A stretch of 64,000 nucleotides of DNA. Source: the human T2T-CHM13v2.0 reference genome, Homo sapiens. A model generated the notes under the pieces. That model ran no database searches, had not been told where the DNA came from, and saw nothing but the letters and a program-made list of their open reading frames with translations. The position numbers and the translations under genes are program-made. Position 1 is the stretch's first letter. Each line of letters starts with the position of its first letter. Location of the stretch: the NCBI RefSeq assembly GCF_009914755.1, contig NC_060932.1; one strand, given 5' to 3'. Positions 1 through 17,555 of the stretch are shown in pieces.

Positions 1-3000
1 TTAAATTTGGAGATATATGTGCATGTTTGCTACCTGAGTATGTTGCATCATTCTGAGGTTTGGGGTATGAATGATACCGTCCCCCACATACTGAGCAAAG
101 GACCCAACAGTTAGTTTTTCAACTCTTGTCCCTCTCCTTCCCTCCCACCTCTAGTTGTTTCAATTTCTATTGTTGCAATCTTTATGTCTCTGAGTAGGCA
201 ATATTTAGCTCCCACTTATAAGTGAGAACATGTGGTATTTGGGTTTCTGTTCCTGCATTAATTTGCTTAGGATAATGGCCTCCAACCTAATCCATGTTGC
301 TGCAAAGGACATGATTTCATTCTTTTTTATGACTGCATAATATTCCATGGTATATATGTATCACATTTTTAAAATCCAGTTCACTGTTGATGGGCATCTA
401 GGTTGACTCCTTGGTATTGTGAATAGTGCTTCAATGAACACGCGAGCGCATGTGTCTTTTGGGTAAAACCATTTGTTTTCTTTTGGCTCTATATCCAATA
501 ATGGGATTGCTGGGTCAAATGCTAGTTCTAAGTTCTTTGAGAAATCTCAGAACTGCTTTCCACAGTGGCTGAACTAATTTACATTCCCACCACCAGTGTA
601 TTAGCATTCCTTTTACACTGCAGCCTTGCCAGCATCTGTTATTTTTATTATTATTTTTTAATAGCCATTTTGATTGGTGTGAGATCGTATCTCATTGTAG
701 TTTTGATTTACATTACTCTGATGATTAGTGATATGGAGCATTTTTTCATATGTTTGTTGGCTGCTTATATATTTTCTTTTGAGAAATGTAGAAATGTCTG
801 TTCATATCTTTTGCCCATTTTTAAATGAGGTTATTTGGTTTTTGCTTGTCGAGTTAAGTTCCTTATAGATTCTAGATATTAGACCTTTGTCAGATACATA
901 GTTTATGAATATTTTCTCTCACTTTGTAGATTGTCTGTTTACTGTATTGATAGTTTCTTTTGCTGTGCAAAAGCTCTTTAATCAGGTCCCAATTGTCAAT
1001 TTTTGTTTTTGTTGCAATTGCTTTTGAGGACTTAGTCACAAATTCTATCCCACAGCCCATGTCCAGAATGGTGTTTCCTAGGTTTTCTTCTAGAATTTTT
1101 ATAGTTTGAGGCCTTACATTTAAATACTTAATCCAACTTAATTTTTGTATATGGTGACAGGTAGAGGTCCAGTTTCATTCTTCTGCATATGGCTAGCCAG
1201 CTATCTCAGCATCATTTATTGAATACGGAGTCCTATCCCCATTGCTTATTTCTGTCGACTTTGTTGAAGATCAGATGGCTGTAGGTGTGTGGCTTTATTC
1301 TGGGTTCTCTATTTTGTTCCATTGGTTGATACATCTGTTTTTGTACCAGTACCATGCTGTTTTGGTTACTGTAGCCTCATAGTATAGTTTGAAGTCAGGT
1401 AATGTGAAGGCTCCAGCTTTGTTCTTTTTGCTTAGGATTGCTGTGGCTAATCAGGCTCCTTTTGGGTTCCATATGAATTTTAGAATAGTTTTTTCTAAAT
1501 CTGTGAAAAATGATGTTGGTATTTTGATAGGAATAGCATGGAATCTGTAGACAGCTTTGGGCAGTATGGCCATTTTAATATTATTAATTTTTCTAATCCA
1601 TGAGCATGGAATATTTTTCCATTTGTTTGTGTCATGTAAGATTTCTTTTAGCAGTGTTTTGTAGTTCTCCTTGCAGAGATCTTTCACTTTCTTGATGTAT
1701 TCTGGTAGTTTTATTTTATTTTGTCTATTGTAAATGGAATTGCTTGATTTGGCTCTCAGCTTGAATGTTATTGGTGTATAGAAATGCTACTGATTTTTGT
1801 GCATCAATTTTCTATCTTGAAACTTAACTGAAGTCGTTTATCAGTTCCAGGATGCTTTTGGTAGAGTCTTTAGAGTTTTCTAGGTATAGAATCACATTAT
1901 TTGTAAAGAGAGCTAGTTTAACTTCTTTTTCTATTTGGATGCCTTTTATTTCTTTCTCTTGCCTGCTTGCTCTGGCTAGCACTTCCAGTACTATGTTGAA
2001 TAGGAGTGGTGAGATGGGCATTCCTGTTTTGTTCCAGTTCACAAGGGGAATGCTTCTAGTTTTTCCCGTTCAGTATGATGTTGGCCCTGGGTTTGTCATA
2101 GATGGCTAGTTTCTGGAGGATTTTTATCATGAGGGGATGCTGGATTTTATTAAAAGCTTTTCCCATGTCTATTGAGATACACAGATGGTTTTAATTCTGT
2201 TTATGTGGTGAATCACATTTATTGATTTGTATATGTTAAACCAAACTTGCATCCCACGAATGAAGCCTACTTGATGATGATGAATTAACTTTTTAATGTG
2301 CTGCTGGGTTTTGTTTGCTAGTATTTTGTTAAGGATTTTTGCATCTATGTTCATCAGGGATATTGGCCTGTAGTTTTCTTTTTTCATTGTGTCTCTGCCA
2401 GAATTTGGTATCAGGGTGATGCTGGCTTCATAGAGTAAGTTAGGGAGGAATCCTACCTCCTTAATTTTTTGGAATAGTTTCAGTAGAATTGGTACCAGCT
2501 CTTCTTCTGGCAGAATGTAGCTGTGGATTCATCTGGTCTGAGGCTTGTTTTTTTTTTTTTTTTTTTGGTAGGTTTTTAATTACTGCTTCAAGTTTGGAAT
2601 TCCGTATTGGTCTGTTCAGGGTTTCAGTTTCTTACTGATTCAATCTTGGGAGAGTGTGTATTTCTAGGACTTTATCCACTTCCTCTAGATTTTCTAGTTT
2701 GTGTGCATAGAGGTGCTCATTATAGTCTCTGAGGATCTTTTGTATTTCTGTGAGATCACTTGTAATGTCACTTCTGTTGTTTCTGATTGTACTTATTTGG
2801 ATCATCTTTTGTTTGTTTGTTTGTTAATCTAGCTAGCAGTCTATCAATATGGTTTATCCTATCAAGGAATCAATTTTTTGTTTTGCTTGTTGTTTGTATG
2901 AATTTTTGGGTCTCAATTTCATTGAGTTCTGCTCTAATTTTAGATTTTTAATTTCGTCTGATAGCTTTGAAGTTAGTTTTGTCTTGTTTTTCTAGTTGCT

Positions 3001-3232
3001 GTAGGTGTTATGTTAGATCATTAATTTGGGCTTTCTAACTTTTTAAGGTAGGCATTTAGCACTATAAACTTTCCTCTTAACACTGCCTTTGCTGCATCCC
3101 AGAGATTTTGTATGTTCTATTCCTGTTTTCATTTATTTTTAAGAATTTTGTGATTTCTGTGTTAATTTTGTTGTTTACCCAAAAATCATTCAAGAACAAG
3201 TTGGTTAATTTCCATGTGACTGTGTGGTTGAG
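1..3232 (-). mobile_element. 5'-truncated LINE-1 (L1PA13-16-like), decayed ORF2 plus 3'UTR
   Basis: Minus-strand ORF fragments match L1 ORF2 ([23 protein letters not shown]; [14 protein letters not shown]-like; [17 protein letters not shown]). An older L1PA-type 3'UTR lies at 1-250. The frame is broken by frameshifts. Confidence 0.95.
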
Positions 3233-3689
3233 AAAACATTTGAAAGAAGGAAAAACAACACTAGTCCTCGAATTCTGGCATTTTAGTATATGTTTCCTCA
3301 GTCTTTTCACTCCCTATGTTTATAGTAATGTGTATGTATCATACACACATATCTGTCACGTATAAATATAGATTCATCATTACGTATTTTACAGAATTAA
3401 AACCAGTGAAAAAATAATTACATTGCCAGCATTAGGCTCAATAATATACATTCTTTTATTATTTTAAAACAAACTTTTTATCAAGTTTTGTGGCTTCCTA
3501 AAACTTTACCAGCTGAATATATATTAATTTATTTAAACATTGCCTTGTTCAACATTTGGGTCACTCTTCTCACTATAAATGACATTATGGTCAGCATCTT
3601 TTTCTGTTTCTTTATAATGTATTTTCAAAACAGAATGTTTAGAACGAAGGGTACAAACAGGCTCAAGGTTCTGCCTCGAGTCTCTTCTC

Positions 3690-4180
3690 TGTTCACTGTT
3701 GACGTGTACCTGGGCAATCCAATCTTCCTGCAAAGCTTCAATCACTCCCTTTGTGCTGAGGACCCACAAGTCTATATGTTTAGGCTAGACCTTTTATAAT
3801 ACTCCAGATCTATATATATTTACCATTGTCTATCTTCCCCTCCATTCCCACAAGCACCTCAAATCCACTGCTCACAACTGGACTCATGTTTTTCACCGGA
3901 TTCTGACCTCCTACTAGCTGCCAAATCTTGGTAAGTAGTGCTTGTATCCACCAGGTACTCTAACCAGAAACAGAGTCATCCTGGATACCTCCCTTTCCCT
4001 CTGCTTCTCTGTCTTGCTGGTGTCTTAATAAGTGCTGCTTCCACATTCCTTGCGGTTTCTCTTCATCTGCTTTATTGCATCATGGCTTATGGTCCTGCTG
4101 TAGTTTCCTAACCAGTCCTTTGGTTGACACTGTTGATACTCAAGGATCAGTTGTTTTCTTCCAGCTTTAAAACCTGTAAG
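3690..4180 (+). mobile_element. L2 fragment
   Basis: C/T-rich sequence with L2-like words (gcacctcaaa, ccagaaac..gagtcatcctgga). It probably continues at about 5200-5530 and 6360-6480. Confidence 0.6.
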
Positions 4181-4183
4181 GGC

Positions 4184-4582
<399 letters not shown>

Positions 4583-4738
4583 TCAAACATTTCCACTAAA
4601 ATACCCCTAACAGGCAATGCCAACATAGACTGTTAGTTAAGAACACCTTTGAAATCCTTGTTTTATCTTAAAAATTCACATGAACTCTAAGGTTTATTTG
4701 ATTATATGTTTGGGTTTATCCTCACATAAAATAATTCA

Positions 4739-5105
<367 letters not shown>

Positions 5106-5563
5106 AGAAATTCATGTGCCCTGTAAGTGGGCAATAACCTTTTATGACTTTCTCTGTGACATAACCCCACTTGCAAACACACCAGTTTGAATAACATGGC
5201 TTCTAGAATAAAATCTGCACAGCTCAGCGTGGCATGGAACCTCAGCATGTACTGTATCTCTGGGTCCTCACTTCTCACTACTGCTTCCTGTCATCCTTCA
5301 TCAGAGCCATACAGGGCCTCTTGCTGTCCTCACCACATTCCATCCTGTTGACATGCCACATATTTTCTTCAGGTCTCCACCTGTGTCCCTTACCTAGAAT
5401 GCCCTCTTGACCCTGCATCCTTTGCTTTATTCACCTTCTGCCCTACAGTTTAGTCTACCCTGGTGTCAAATACATTCTTAATTTTCAAATCTGCCCTTCT
5501 CTCCTCTATGAAGACTTTTCTGACTTTACCAAGTGTGAATACATGTGTGCGTATTTATATCTA

Positions 5564-6290
<727 letters not shown>

Positions 6291-6491
6291 CTTTTCCCTT
6301 CTCCACTCCCTCTTTCTCTCTCTTTTTTTCCCCTTCCCTTCACTCATTCTAATCTCAGTGATTTGAAACTCCATGAAGACAGGGAATCTGTGGCATCTGT
6401 CTCTGCTTCCCAAGTACCTAGCTCACAATGTGGCAGATAGAAGGCATTCATTTCATATTTTTGAATAAATGGAGGAATGGATCATGTTTCC

Positions 6492-6792
6492 TTTTTTTTT
6501 TTTCTTTTTTTTTTCTGAGGCAGAGTCTCACTCTATCACCCAGGCTGGAGCATGATCTTGGCTCACTGCAACGTCCACTCCCAACAGGTTCAAGCAATTC
6601 TCCCACCTCAGCCTCCCAAGTAGCTGGGATTACGGGCATGCACCACCATGCCCAGCTAATTTTTGTACTTTTAGTAGAGACGGGGTTTCCCCATATTGGT
6701 CAGGCTGGTTTCAAACTCCTGACCTCATGTGATCCACCCACCTCAGCCTCCCGAAGTGCTGGGATTACAAGTGTGAGCCACCACGCCCGGCC
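6492..6792 (-). mobile_element. AluS
   Basis: Poly-T followed by reverse Alu; TSD tggatcatgtttc. Confidence 0.95.
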
Positions 6793-6829
6793 TTGGATCA
6801 TGTTTCTGATGTGCCTCACCAAATTGCTT

Positions 6830-7240
6830 TCTTACGCCCCGAGAGATATATGCCATCCCAGTTACAGCGCCCAGCTTAGATGATCACATTAAACATTTTG
6901 GGCAATAACCTAATAGATAAATGTTACACTGTTTTATTTTAATATTATTTTTGATTATGAGGAGGCTGCTCATTCTCTCATGTTTGTTTATTTTCATGAA
7001 TTGAGACTCTATGCTTTTTAAATTTCTTTAACCTACCAGAGTCTTGGAGATTTTCTTCACATTTTGTGTGGACTATTAACATTATTTTTATGTAATGTTT
7101 GATTCTGAAGTGTTTATATAAAAACGATAATAAACCATTCTCTGCTGTATTTGCTGCAAATACTTTTTTTTCACATGGTTGCTTATCTCCATTTTGGTAC
7201 CTTTTAAAATAACAATTCTTCACATAATAAAGGTATATTT
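6830..7240 (-). mobile_element. Old L1M(E)-like fragment
   Basis: T-rich degenerate L1 3' region wording; the 6978-7223 minus-strand ORF is weakly ORF2-like. Confidence 0.5.
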
Positions 7241-7379
7241 ATATATACAATTCAATGTGGTATATGCCATGGTTCTCTAAAGATGCAGATAATAATATTC
7301 TTAGATTAGGCTTTTATTATATTTTGAAAGCAATGCATTCAAATGGGAAGGTATAATTAGAATCTAAATATCTGCCCTT

Positions 7380-7850
7380 GATGATCCATTTAGTATGCAG
7401 TAGCCAGAAGGAGTCTCTTAAAAAGCAAGGTCATGTTGTTCCTTGGTTCAAAACTCTCCAGCGCTTTCCCAACCTATGCAGAATAAAATCCAAAGTCCTT
7501 CCTTCGACACAGAACCTCCATTATCTTGCCTCTGACCACTTCTGCCTCTTCTTCTACTCCTCTCTCTCTTCCTCCCTCAGCTCTAGCCAGACACTCTCCT
7601 GGCTCTTCCTGAAACCCACCAAAGATTCTCCCAATGCGGGCCTTTACATGACTGTTCCTTCTGTGTGCACTGTCTTTCCCTAGACTTCCTCCCCTCCCAA
7701 GCGTCATCAGGGTGGGCTTCCCCAGGCCACCTAAAATAGCTCACCAACCCTCACTGCTGCACTGTCTAGCATGTGTAACAACCTGACTTTCTTTGTTTTC
7801 TTCATTGCTGTTTTCCCCAATAATCAGCTAGTTGAATACATGAATGACTA
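7380..7850 (+). mobile_element. L2 (L2a-like) 3' fragment
   Basis: ttcaaaactctccagcgctttcc...agaataaaatccaaagtcctt; gggcctttacatgactgttccttctg; ends gttgaatacatgaatga. Confidence 0.8.
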
Positions 7851-8827
7851 AATTCAAGGATGCATCTGATAACCTCTGAGGTGACAACTATATAAAATGC
7901 ATTTGGTATTTTTTTAATTGTAAAAAAAAAATCCCTTTCTCTTACATATTAAAAATACTCCTAACATTAGTGTTGTTTTTTTTTGTTTGTTTGTTTTGTT
8001 TTTTGGCACCTTCTGTGTTCTATAGTTCACTAGGGTTTTGTGGAGTTTGGGAAATGCTGTTCTGCAAGACAGAATAAAGGCAAGGTGACTGCCCATCTGT
8101 CTCTTGTCATTATTCAGCATACCTCAGCGTTTCAAACAAATATAAAAGGTGGTAGATAAAAAGAATATCATCATTTACCTACATCTGTGTTTGAGAATAG
8201 CATTCAAAAGAGATGGTTTTAATAACAGAAAAGTTACTTCATAAGGAGTTTGGATTAAAAACAAGAATATAAATTGAAAGAGAATTGGGAATCTGAAAAT
8301 AAGGAAAATATTTAATAACATTAGTGACCCAGGAGGAATATAATGCAATAATGCTTATGAGATGATAAAAATGGTAACAAGGACCCAAAAAATCAAAGCA
8401 CTTATATAGGCATGAAATTTACGAAAATAAAAAATAGCATGACTTCTCAAATGCAAATGATACAGCTGGAGGAAAATTATCAGAGAGATGTATTTTGTTA
8501 TCAGTGAAATCAGAAATGCAAAAAACACTGAAAAGTGGCCAGTATAGTGGAAAAGGTATTAGTAGGTAAGAGCTTTTTAAAAACCTTACTCATATGCTGA
8601 CAGAAAGACTGGAGGCCTCCTAAAGACTGAGCAGCATGGGAGTGTTACCTGCTGAAACAGGGACAATAAAATTATTGGGCTTCAAAATCAGTACCAAATA
8701 AAAAATCAGTAGCTTAGTGTCCCAAGAGCCAAGGGAGTAATTCTGCCACCTCCCCCATGTCTCACTTCAAAAATAGCATTTTTATGTGCTGCTTACTCAT
8801 TGACTTTGAAAACTAAGTTATTTGTAA

Positions 8828-9189
<362 letters not shown>

Positions 9190-10062
9190 TTGTAAAAGGT
9201 TTTTAAACTTTGTTTGTAATGTCATTATCAAAAACTTCAGCAAATATATTTATTCATGATGTTGCAATAGATGTTATAAATAAACTAGATATTGTCCTTC
9301 AAATGCAAATTCTTACACATTTACTCACAAGAATAATCAGAGAAATAAAACAACAATATAGTGTTTTGTGTATACACACAAAATGAGTCTCAAGCATTAT
9401 TTATAATCTGTTGTTACAAAAAAGTCATTTTAAAAAGCTTCTGGGCATGTTCTGCCTAAGGATCATGAAATATAAAACAGGGAGAGGAAATGATTTTTGC
9501 ATATAATCAGTGTCTAGATTAGGAAAAGAACAACTTAAGAGCAACTTAACAAAAGATAGAATAGCTCTTTTTAGCAGTGTATTAGCTAGAAAATAGCTCT
9601 GAATAGGAAGAGAAGAAAAGGAAAGCTTTTTGTATTTTCTTTAAATCTTAGAAACAAAAGATTTCCAGTTAGCCTGTGATCTTCTACCCTAGAAAGAATG
9701 AAGTTTGCAAAAATATGTTTAAGGTTGATGAGACAGAGGAGTGCTGAAAGGGATTAATATATTCCCCAGTTGAGTAGTGCTAAGGAGGGAGATAATAGCT
9801 GACTAATATTTCTAGTAGATACATTATTTTAAAAGGACAAATTAGCATGGTAGATGGCAATGAAATATGAAAAGGTAAGATAGTAGCAGTAATGAATACA
9901 AGGAAAAAGAAAAATTGAGCTGAATGTTAGACAAAGCTTATGAAAGAATTCTTGGTCAAAGTAATAGATACAAAGTAGGAAATGAAATGTTTATAAAAGA
10001 CTCTGTACTGGTCAGAGTTTCATGAAAAGGCACAGAATCCCCTATGGCTAGTTTTAAGGGGA

Positions 10063-10366
10063 TTTTATTTTTATTTTTATTTTTTGAGACAAGGTCTCAC
10101 TCTGTCACCCAGGCTGGAGTATAGTAGTTTGATCTTGGCTGACTGCAACCTCCGCCTCCCAGGCTCAGGCAATCCTTCTGCCTCATCCTCCTGAATAACT
10201 GGGATTACAGGCACGTGCCACCACGCCTGGCTAATTTTTGTATTTTTTTGTAGAGATGGGGTTTCACCATTGTTGCCCAGGCTGGTCTCGAAATCCCGGG
10301 CTCAGGTGATCTGCCTGCCTAGGCCTCCCAAAGTGCTGGGATTACGGGCTTGAGCCACCATGACTG
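10063..10366 (-). mobile_element. Alu (J/S)
   Basis: Reverse dimeric Alu. Confidence 0.95.
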
Positions 10367-10622
10367 GTAGCAGAGGAGATTAAAAAAAAAAAGTATAAAA
10401 CATTTTTCAGAGCCTTCTTGGAAGACTTGACCAGGAAGGCTACTGTCTCTTCCAAGACGAGGAAGGAGCACATTCAGAGGACAGCCAAGAAGGTGAGCTG
10501 CTTTGAATGAACCACACACTTCCATAATGGTAGCAGGCAGTAGGACCATGGAAGCCATAGAAAAGCAACTTCCATCTTTCTTCCATGCTTTAAAAGCCGA
10601 GGTGAGCGCACCAAAGAGGTAG

Positions 10623-10983
<361 letters not shown>

Positions 10984-11156
10984 GCAGCTTTTATCTTTTT
11001 GGCCTCAGCAGTACAGGAAGGCACTTAGAAAGAGTTTGGAATGGATGGAGAGTGCCTATGCCCATAATGCACACTACTGACTTCATTCTTAGAGAAACTG
11101 AAAGGAGAACACCTAAAACAACAAAATCAGAAACATAATTAAGAACCAGTTCTTCT

Positions 11157-11480
11157 GGTCGGACATGGTGGCTCACATCTGTAATCCCAGCACTTTGGGA
11201 GGCTGAGTTGGAAGGATCGTTTAAGCCCAGGAACTTGAGACCAGCCTGGGCAATATAGTGAGACTCTATCTCTATGAAAAATAAAAAATAAATTAGTCAG
11301 GTATGATGGCTCACACTGGTAATCCCAGCTACACTCAGAAGGCTGAGGTGGAAGGATTGATTGAACCGAAGATGTTGAGGCTTTTAGTAGAGACTGCAGT
11401 GAGCCATGATTACACCACTGCACTCCAACCTGGGCAACAGAGCTAGATCCTATCTTAAAAACAAAAACAAAAAAACCCAA
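11157..11480 (+). mobile_element. AluJ
   Basis: Dimeric Alu with AluJ diagnostics; TSD aaccagttcttc. Confidence 0.93.
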
Positions 11481-12150
11481 AAAACCAGTTCTTCCTAAGT
11501 CTCAGCATTCATTGTTAGCTCTCCCTAAGTATCAAAAGGACTGTTATAAAGGATTTGAAAGACAACATTTAAAATAAGAGTGAGAAATACCTTCAAGTTA
11601 CACTTTTATTTGGAAACTGTGATACTATTGTTGTGACATTGTTACTTGTAGGAGGCAGCAAAGAAGAAAGTAAGTTGTCTGGCATTGGTAAGTTCCGGAG
11701 AATCAAGTGCAGATAAGATTGTTTTAGATACACTATGATGAGGATAAAAGGCCCTAAAACCATCATCAAGAAGTCAGGCCAGCACTAATTCTAAGTGTGT
11801 TAATGTCTAAAATGATAGCTGGGTTTTCTAGCAATATGATGGAATTGTGGCACATACTGTGATAAAAGCTCCTGCTACAAACACATCTAAAATGATCAAG
11901 AAAACAATGTAAATACACGGCACAGTTCTCAAAAATGTTCCTGAGGGTACAAGAGTGAAGAGGGAGCTGGAATAATGGCTGAAGCTGAAGCAAAAGCTGC
12001 AGGCTTGCTTGGGATGTTTGCTGGTCTCTGACCTGGAGGCTTGTTTCAATGGCCACATGTGGTGGAGGCAGGGGATCAGTATTTGGGTTCTCAGTTTGCA
12101 GGAAAAGGGAGCAAGACCCAGACACACACCTGGCAGTCTCAGAGCAGGAC

Positions 12151-12230
12151 TCTTTCTTTTCTTTCCTTTCCTTCCCTTCCTTCCCTTCTCTTTTTTTCTT
12201 TCTTTCCTTCTTTCTTTTTTTCTTTCTTTC

Positions 12231-12274
<44 letters not shown>

Positions 12275-12284
12275 TCCTTTCTTT

Positions 12285-12339
<55 letters not shown>

Positions 12340-12340
12340 C

Positions 12341-12382
<42 letters not shown>

Positions 12383-12479
12383 CTTTCTTTCTCTGTCTTT
12401 CTTTCTCTTTCTCTCTCTCTCTTTCTTTCTCTCCCCTTCCTTCCTTCCTTCCTTCTTTCCTTCCTTTCTTCCTTTCTTT
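12151..12479. repeat. About 330-bp (TTTC)n/(TTCC)n/(TC)n polypyrimidine microsatellite (expanded Alu tail)
   Basis: Directly visible; abuts the 3' end of the reverse Alu at 12480. Confidence 0.99.
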
Positions 12480-12750
12480 GATACAGAGTCTTGCTCTGTT
12501 GCTGAGGTTGGAGTGCAGTGGTGCGATCTTGGCTCACGGCAACCGTTCAAGCCATTCCTGTGCCTCAGCCTCCCAAGTAGCTGGGATTATAGACATGTGT
12601 CATCACACCTGGCTAATTTTCATATTTTTAGTAGAGGTGGGGTTTCACCATGTTGGCCAGGCTGGTCTCAAACTCCTGGCCTCAAGTGATCTGCCCACCT
12701 CAGCCTCCCAAAGTGCTGGGATTACAGGTGTGAGCCAACATGCCCGCCCC
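12480..12750 (-). mobile_element. AluS
   Basis: Reverse Alu body; degenerate TSD a(g/a)ag(c/t)aggac. Confidence 0.93.
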
Positions 12751-13149
12751 AAAGTAGGACACTTTCCATGAAAATGTGGGCTACAAAAATCTGCCTTCAC
12801 GGGAAGATGCCAAACTCTGGCTGGGAAAGAAAAAGGTCTTCCTGGAGAATTCATAACCATATGCCTGACATCTCATGGGTTTGTAAATTCAAACTATTAG
12901 CATGGTATGTGGTGGTCCAAGATCAGAAATAGAAATAGTACCTGGGGGATCTTCCGCTACTTCCTTCTTACCATACATTCCCAATCTCTCTCTCTCTCTC
13001 TTTTTTTTTTTTTGTCTATTTCATTTTGGATAAAACAGTTCAATTCATATGGTTATTCTGATACCTAAACTGCTCTTCTGCAGTTACACATTGTTTAACT
13101 CTTCAACCAAATGAGTAAAAGTAATCATTCATGGCAACTTGATCCCTAA

Positions 13150-13370
13150 GGAGTCAGATTATGGTTAGAAACAGACACTGAAGTCAGTCAGATTTGACTT
13201 TTCATTTGAGCTCAATTCGTAATCTTGAGCAAGTTCCCTCACTTCTCTCTTAGTTTCTTCATCAGCCAAACAGGGATAATAGTAGCATCTACCAATGAGA
13301 AGTTCGTGTTGAGCATTTAGCACTTACTTGGCACATAATGAATCCTTAAGAAGTGCCAGCCATGTATCAA
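13150..13370 (+). mobile_element. MIR
   Basis: MIR core: cttgagcaagttccctcacttctct..agtttcttcatc...gggataatagtagcatctacc. Confidence 0.75.
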
Positions 13371-13455
13371 CAATGGTGAGCAAATCCTTATGATCTAAAT
13401 TTCTACATATCCAGGATTCTAGGTCCTTAACTTCCTTTATAAAAAGCATAACTAA

Positions 13456-13770
13456 GGCCAGTTGCGGTGGCTCACGTCTGTAATCCCAGCACTTTGAGAG
13501 GCCGAGGCAGGTGGATCATGAGGTCAGGAGATAGAGACCATCCTGGCTAACACGGTGAAACCCCATCTCTACTAAAAATACAAAAAAATTAGTTGGGAGT
13601 GGTGGCGGGCACCTGTAGTCCCAGCTACTTGGGAGGCTGAGGCAGGAGAATGGCTGAACCTGGGAGGCGGAGCTTGCAGTGAGCTGAGATTGCACCACTG
13701 CACTCCAGCCTGGGTGACAGAGGGAGACTCCATCTCAAAAAAAAAAAAAAAAAAAAGGAAAAAAAAAAAA
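13456..13770 (+). mobile_element. AluY-like
   Basis: Y diagnostics (gagaccatcctggctaacacggtg, ggagcttgcagtg); 15-bp TSD aaaaagcataactaa. Confidence 0.95.
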
Positions 13771-14329
13771 GCATAACTAAGCATTACAGTTTAGCTCATT
13801 CATCTTCTAGTTTTAAAATTTTCTACCAACTTTGTTAGATATTAGGTAATTTATATCTTTTCATATTAAATTGGTTGTTAAGCAAAGAATACTATAAGCC
13901 AACAGATCTTTTCACTTTGTATTTCTCCAGGATCCCAGATAATTTCTTAGGAGTGGGATGTGAACTCATTAAATCTTTCAAGACTTTCTTATATAATTTC
14001 TAGCTCTTTGCAATATAGAAGGGGCTCAATACACTCATTTGGATATAAAAGTGGATTAATGTATGTTAGAGTCATCACTAACAGAGCTGGCAGGAGTCTT
14101 AAGGGCCTAGTTTGACCAGTTAGTTGATGTTTAGTACGCATCAACACGTCATTCTCAGCCAGAAGTTACCTGGATCAGAGCTTGTCTATTAATCTCCAGT
14201 GACAGAAATTCACTCTTCTAAGGCAGTGCATTCTTGCTGTGAGTTCCATGCCTCTGAAATTTAATGTGGATTAGTTCTTTCCCTGAGCTTACCTTGAAGC
14301 CAGACTCAGCACTTCATCACATCCCCAGG

Positions 14330-15999
<1,670 letters not shown>

Positions 16000-16619
16000 C
16001 TTAGTGAAGTAGATTGTACTGAATATTACCTGTGGTGGTGGTTGTGAAATGCTGGAGAATTTGCATACTTCACAGCAAAGTTTAATTGCAATCCGCTATA
16101 GGCATTTTTGAGTACTAAAGTCTCTTTCCATACAGTCTAGCAACATTACCTCTTTTTATTGCTCTCTTTGCCCCAAATTTAGGCTCTGAAATTCTCTATA
16201 TTTTCAGAACAATTCAGTTTAGGTCCTCAGCTAGTATAGCTCTCTCCAAACAAAAGCCACTCAGCTGGAGGAACTCATCGTTTTAGAAAGCAGGCCAGTG
16301 GCCATCTATTGTTATTTCATAGGGATTGGCTGAAAACCCCCAATTTGTAATGGTTTCTCTCTTCACTCCAGATGATCTACCCAAATGATTGGTCAAGCAG
16401 AACAGCCCCCGGCTCCACTTTTTTTTTTTTGGATAGAGTGGGAGGGTGGTGGTCGGAAAAGGGCATATATAGAGAGGGGCACATGTGGTTGGGCTGCTAA
16501 AAAAATCGTATAGTTTTCTCCGTGTTATATCTAATTTATAATATTAGGTAACTGAGTGTTCTAAAGAGTTATTATGTTTCAATAAGTGCCTAACTTGCTC
16601 CTAAATAGAAACAAAAATA

Positions 16620-17555
16620 TTTTTATAATAGCTGTATTGCTTTATAATCAGCTATAATTCACATATTATGAAATTCACCCTTTTAAAATGTACAATTCAA
16701 TGGCTTTCAGTATATTCACAATTGTCACATCTCATTCTAGAATGTTTTCATCACCCCCAAAAGAAACCCCTTACCCCTCAAAAGTTACTCCCTAATTTTC
16801 CCCTCTCCTCAGCCCCTGGCAACCACGAATCTACTCTCTATCTCTATAGATTTGCCTATTCTGGACATTTCATTTGCTCTTTTGTGACTGACTTTTTTCA
16901 CTTAGCATAATATTTTTAAGTATCTATGCTGCAGAATGTATCAGTACTTCATTCTTGTTATGCCCAAATAATATTCCATTCTATAAATATACCACATTCT
17001 GTTTATCTATTCATCAGTTGATAGACATTTGGGTTGTTTCCACTTTTTGGCTATTATGAATAATACTACTATGAACATTCATGTACAAGTCATTATGGGA
17101 ATAAATGTTTTCATTTCTCTTGGGTATATATATATATATCTAAGAGTGGAGTTGCTGGGTCATATGTTTTTAACTTTTTAGGGAAATGCCAAACTGTTTT
17201 CCAAAGTGGCTGCAGCATTTTACATTCTCACCAGCAAGTATGAATGTCCCAGTTTTTTTACACCCTCACCAACACATGTTATTGTCTTTTTATTATAGCC
17301 GTCTTAGTAGATGTGAAGTGGTACCTATTCCTATTGTGGTTTTGATGTACATTTCTCTGTTGGCTAATGACGTTGAGCGTATTTTCATGTGCTTATTCTC
17401 TTTTATATATCTTTTTTGGAGAGTATCTGTTGAAATCATTTGTGCACTTTTAAATTGGGTTACTTGTGTTTTTATTGTTGAGAGAATTCTATGTTTTGAA
17501 TAGAAGTCTCTTAGTAGATATATGATTTGCAAAATTGTTTTATGTTCCATAGGTT
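16620..17555 (-). mobile_element. L1MB-like 3' fragment
   Basis: aaattcacccttttaaaatgtacaattcaatgg...cccctggcaaccac.aatctact; the 17293-17550 minus-strand ORF is ORF2 C-terminal-like. Confidence 0.9.

Noticed and set aside
11828-12771. Several 130-240 aa ORFs (K/E/R-rich or F/L/S-rich)
   Set aside because: They are stop-free only because they run through the (TTTC)n tract and an Alu; not genes.
11830-12930. Possible plus-strand 5' region of an old L1M/HAL1 flanking the (TTTC)n Alu
   Set aside because: The resemblance is too weak to call without an HMM search. If real, it would add one antisense L1 to the orientation tally.
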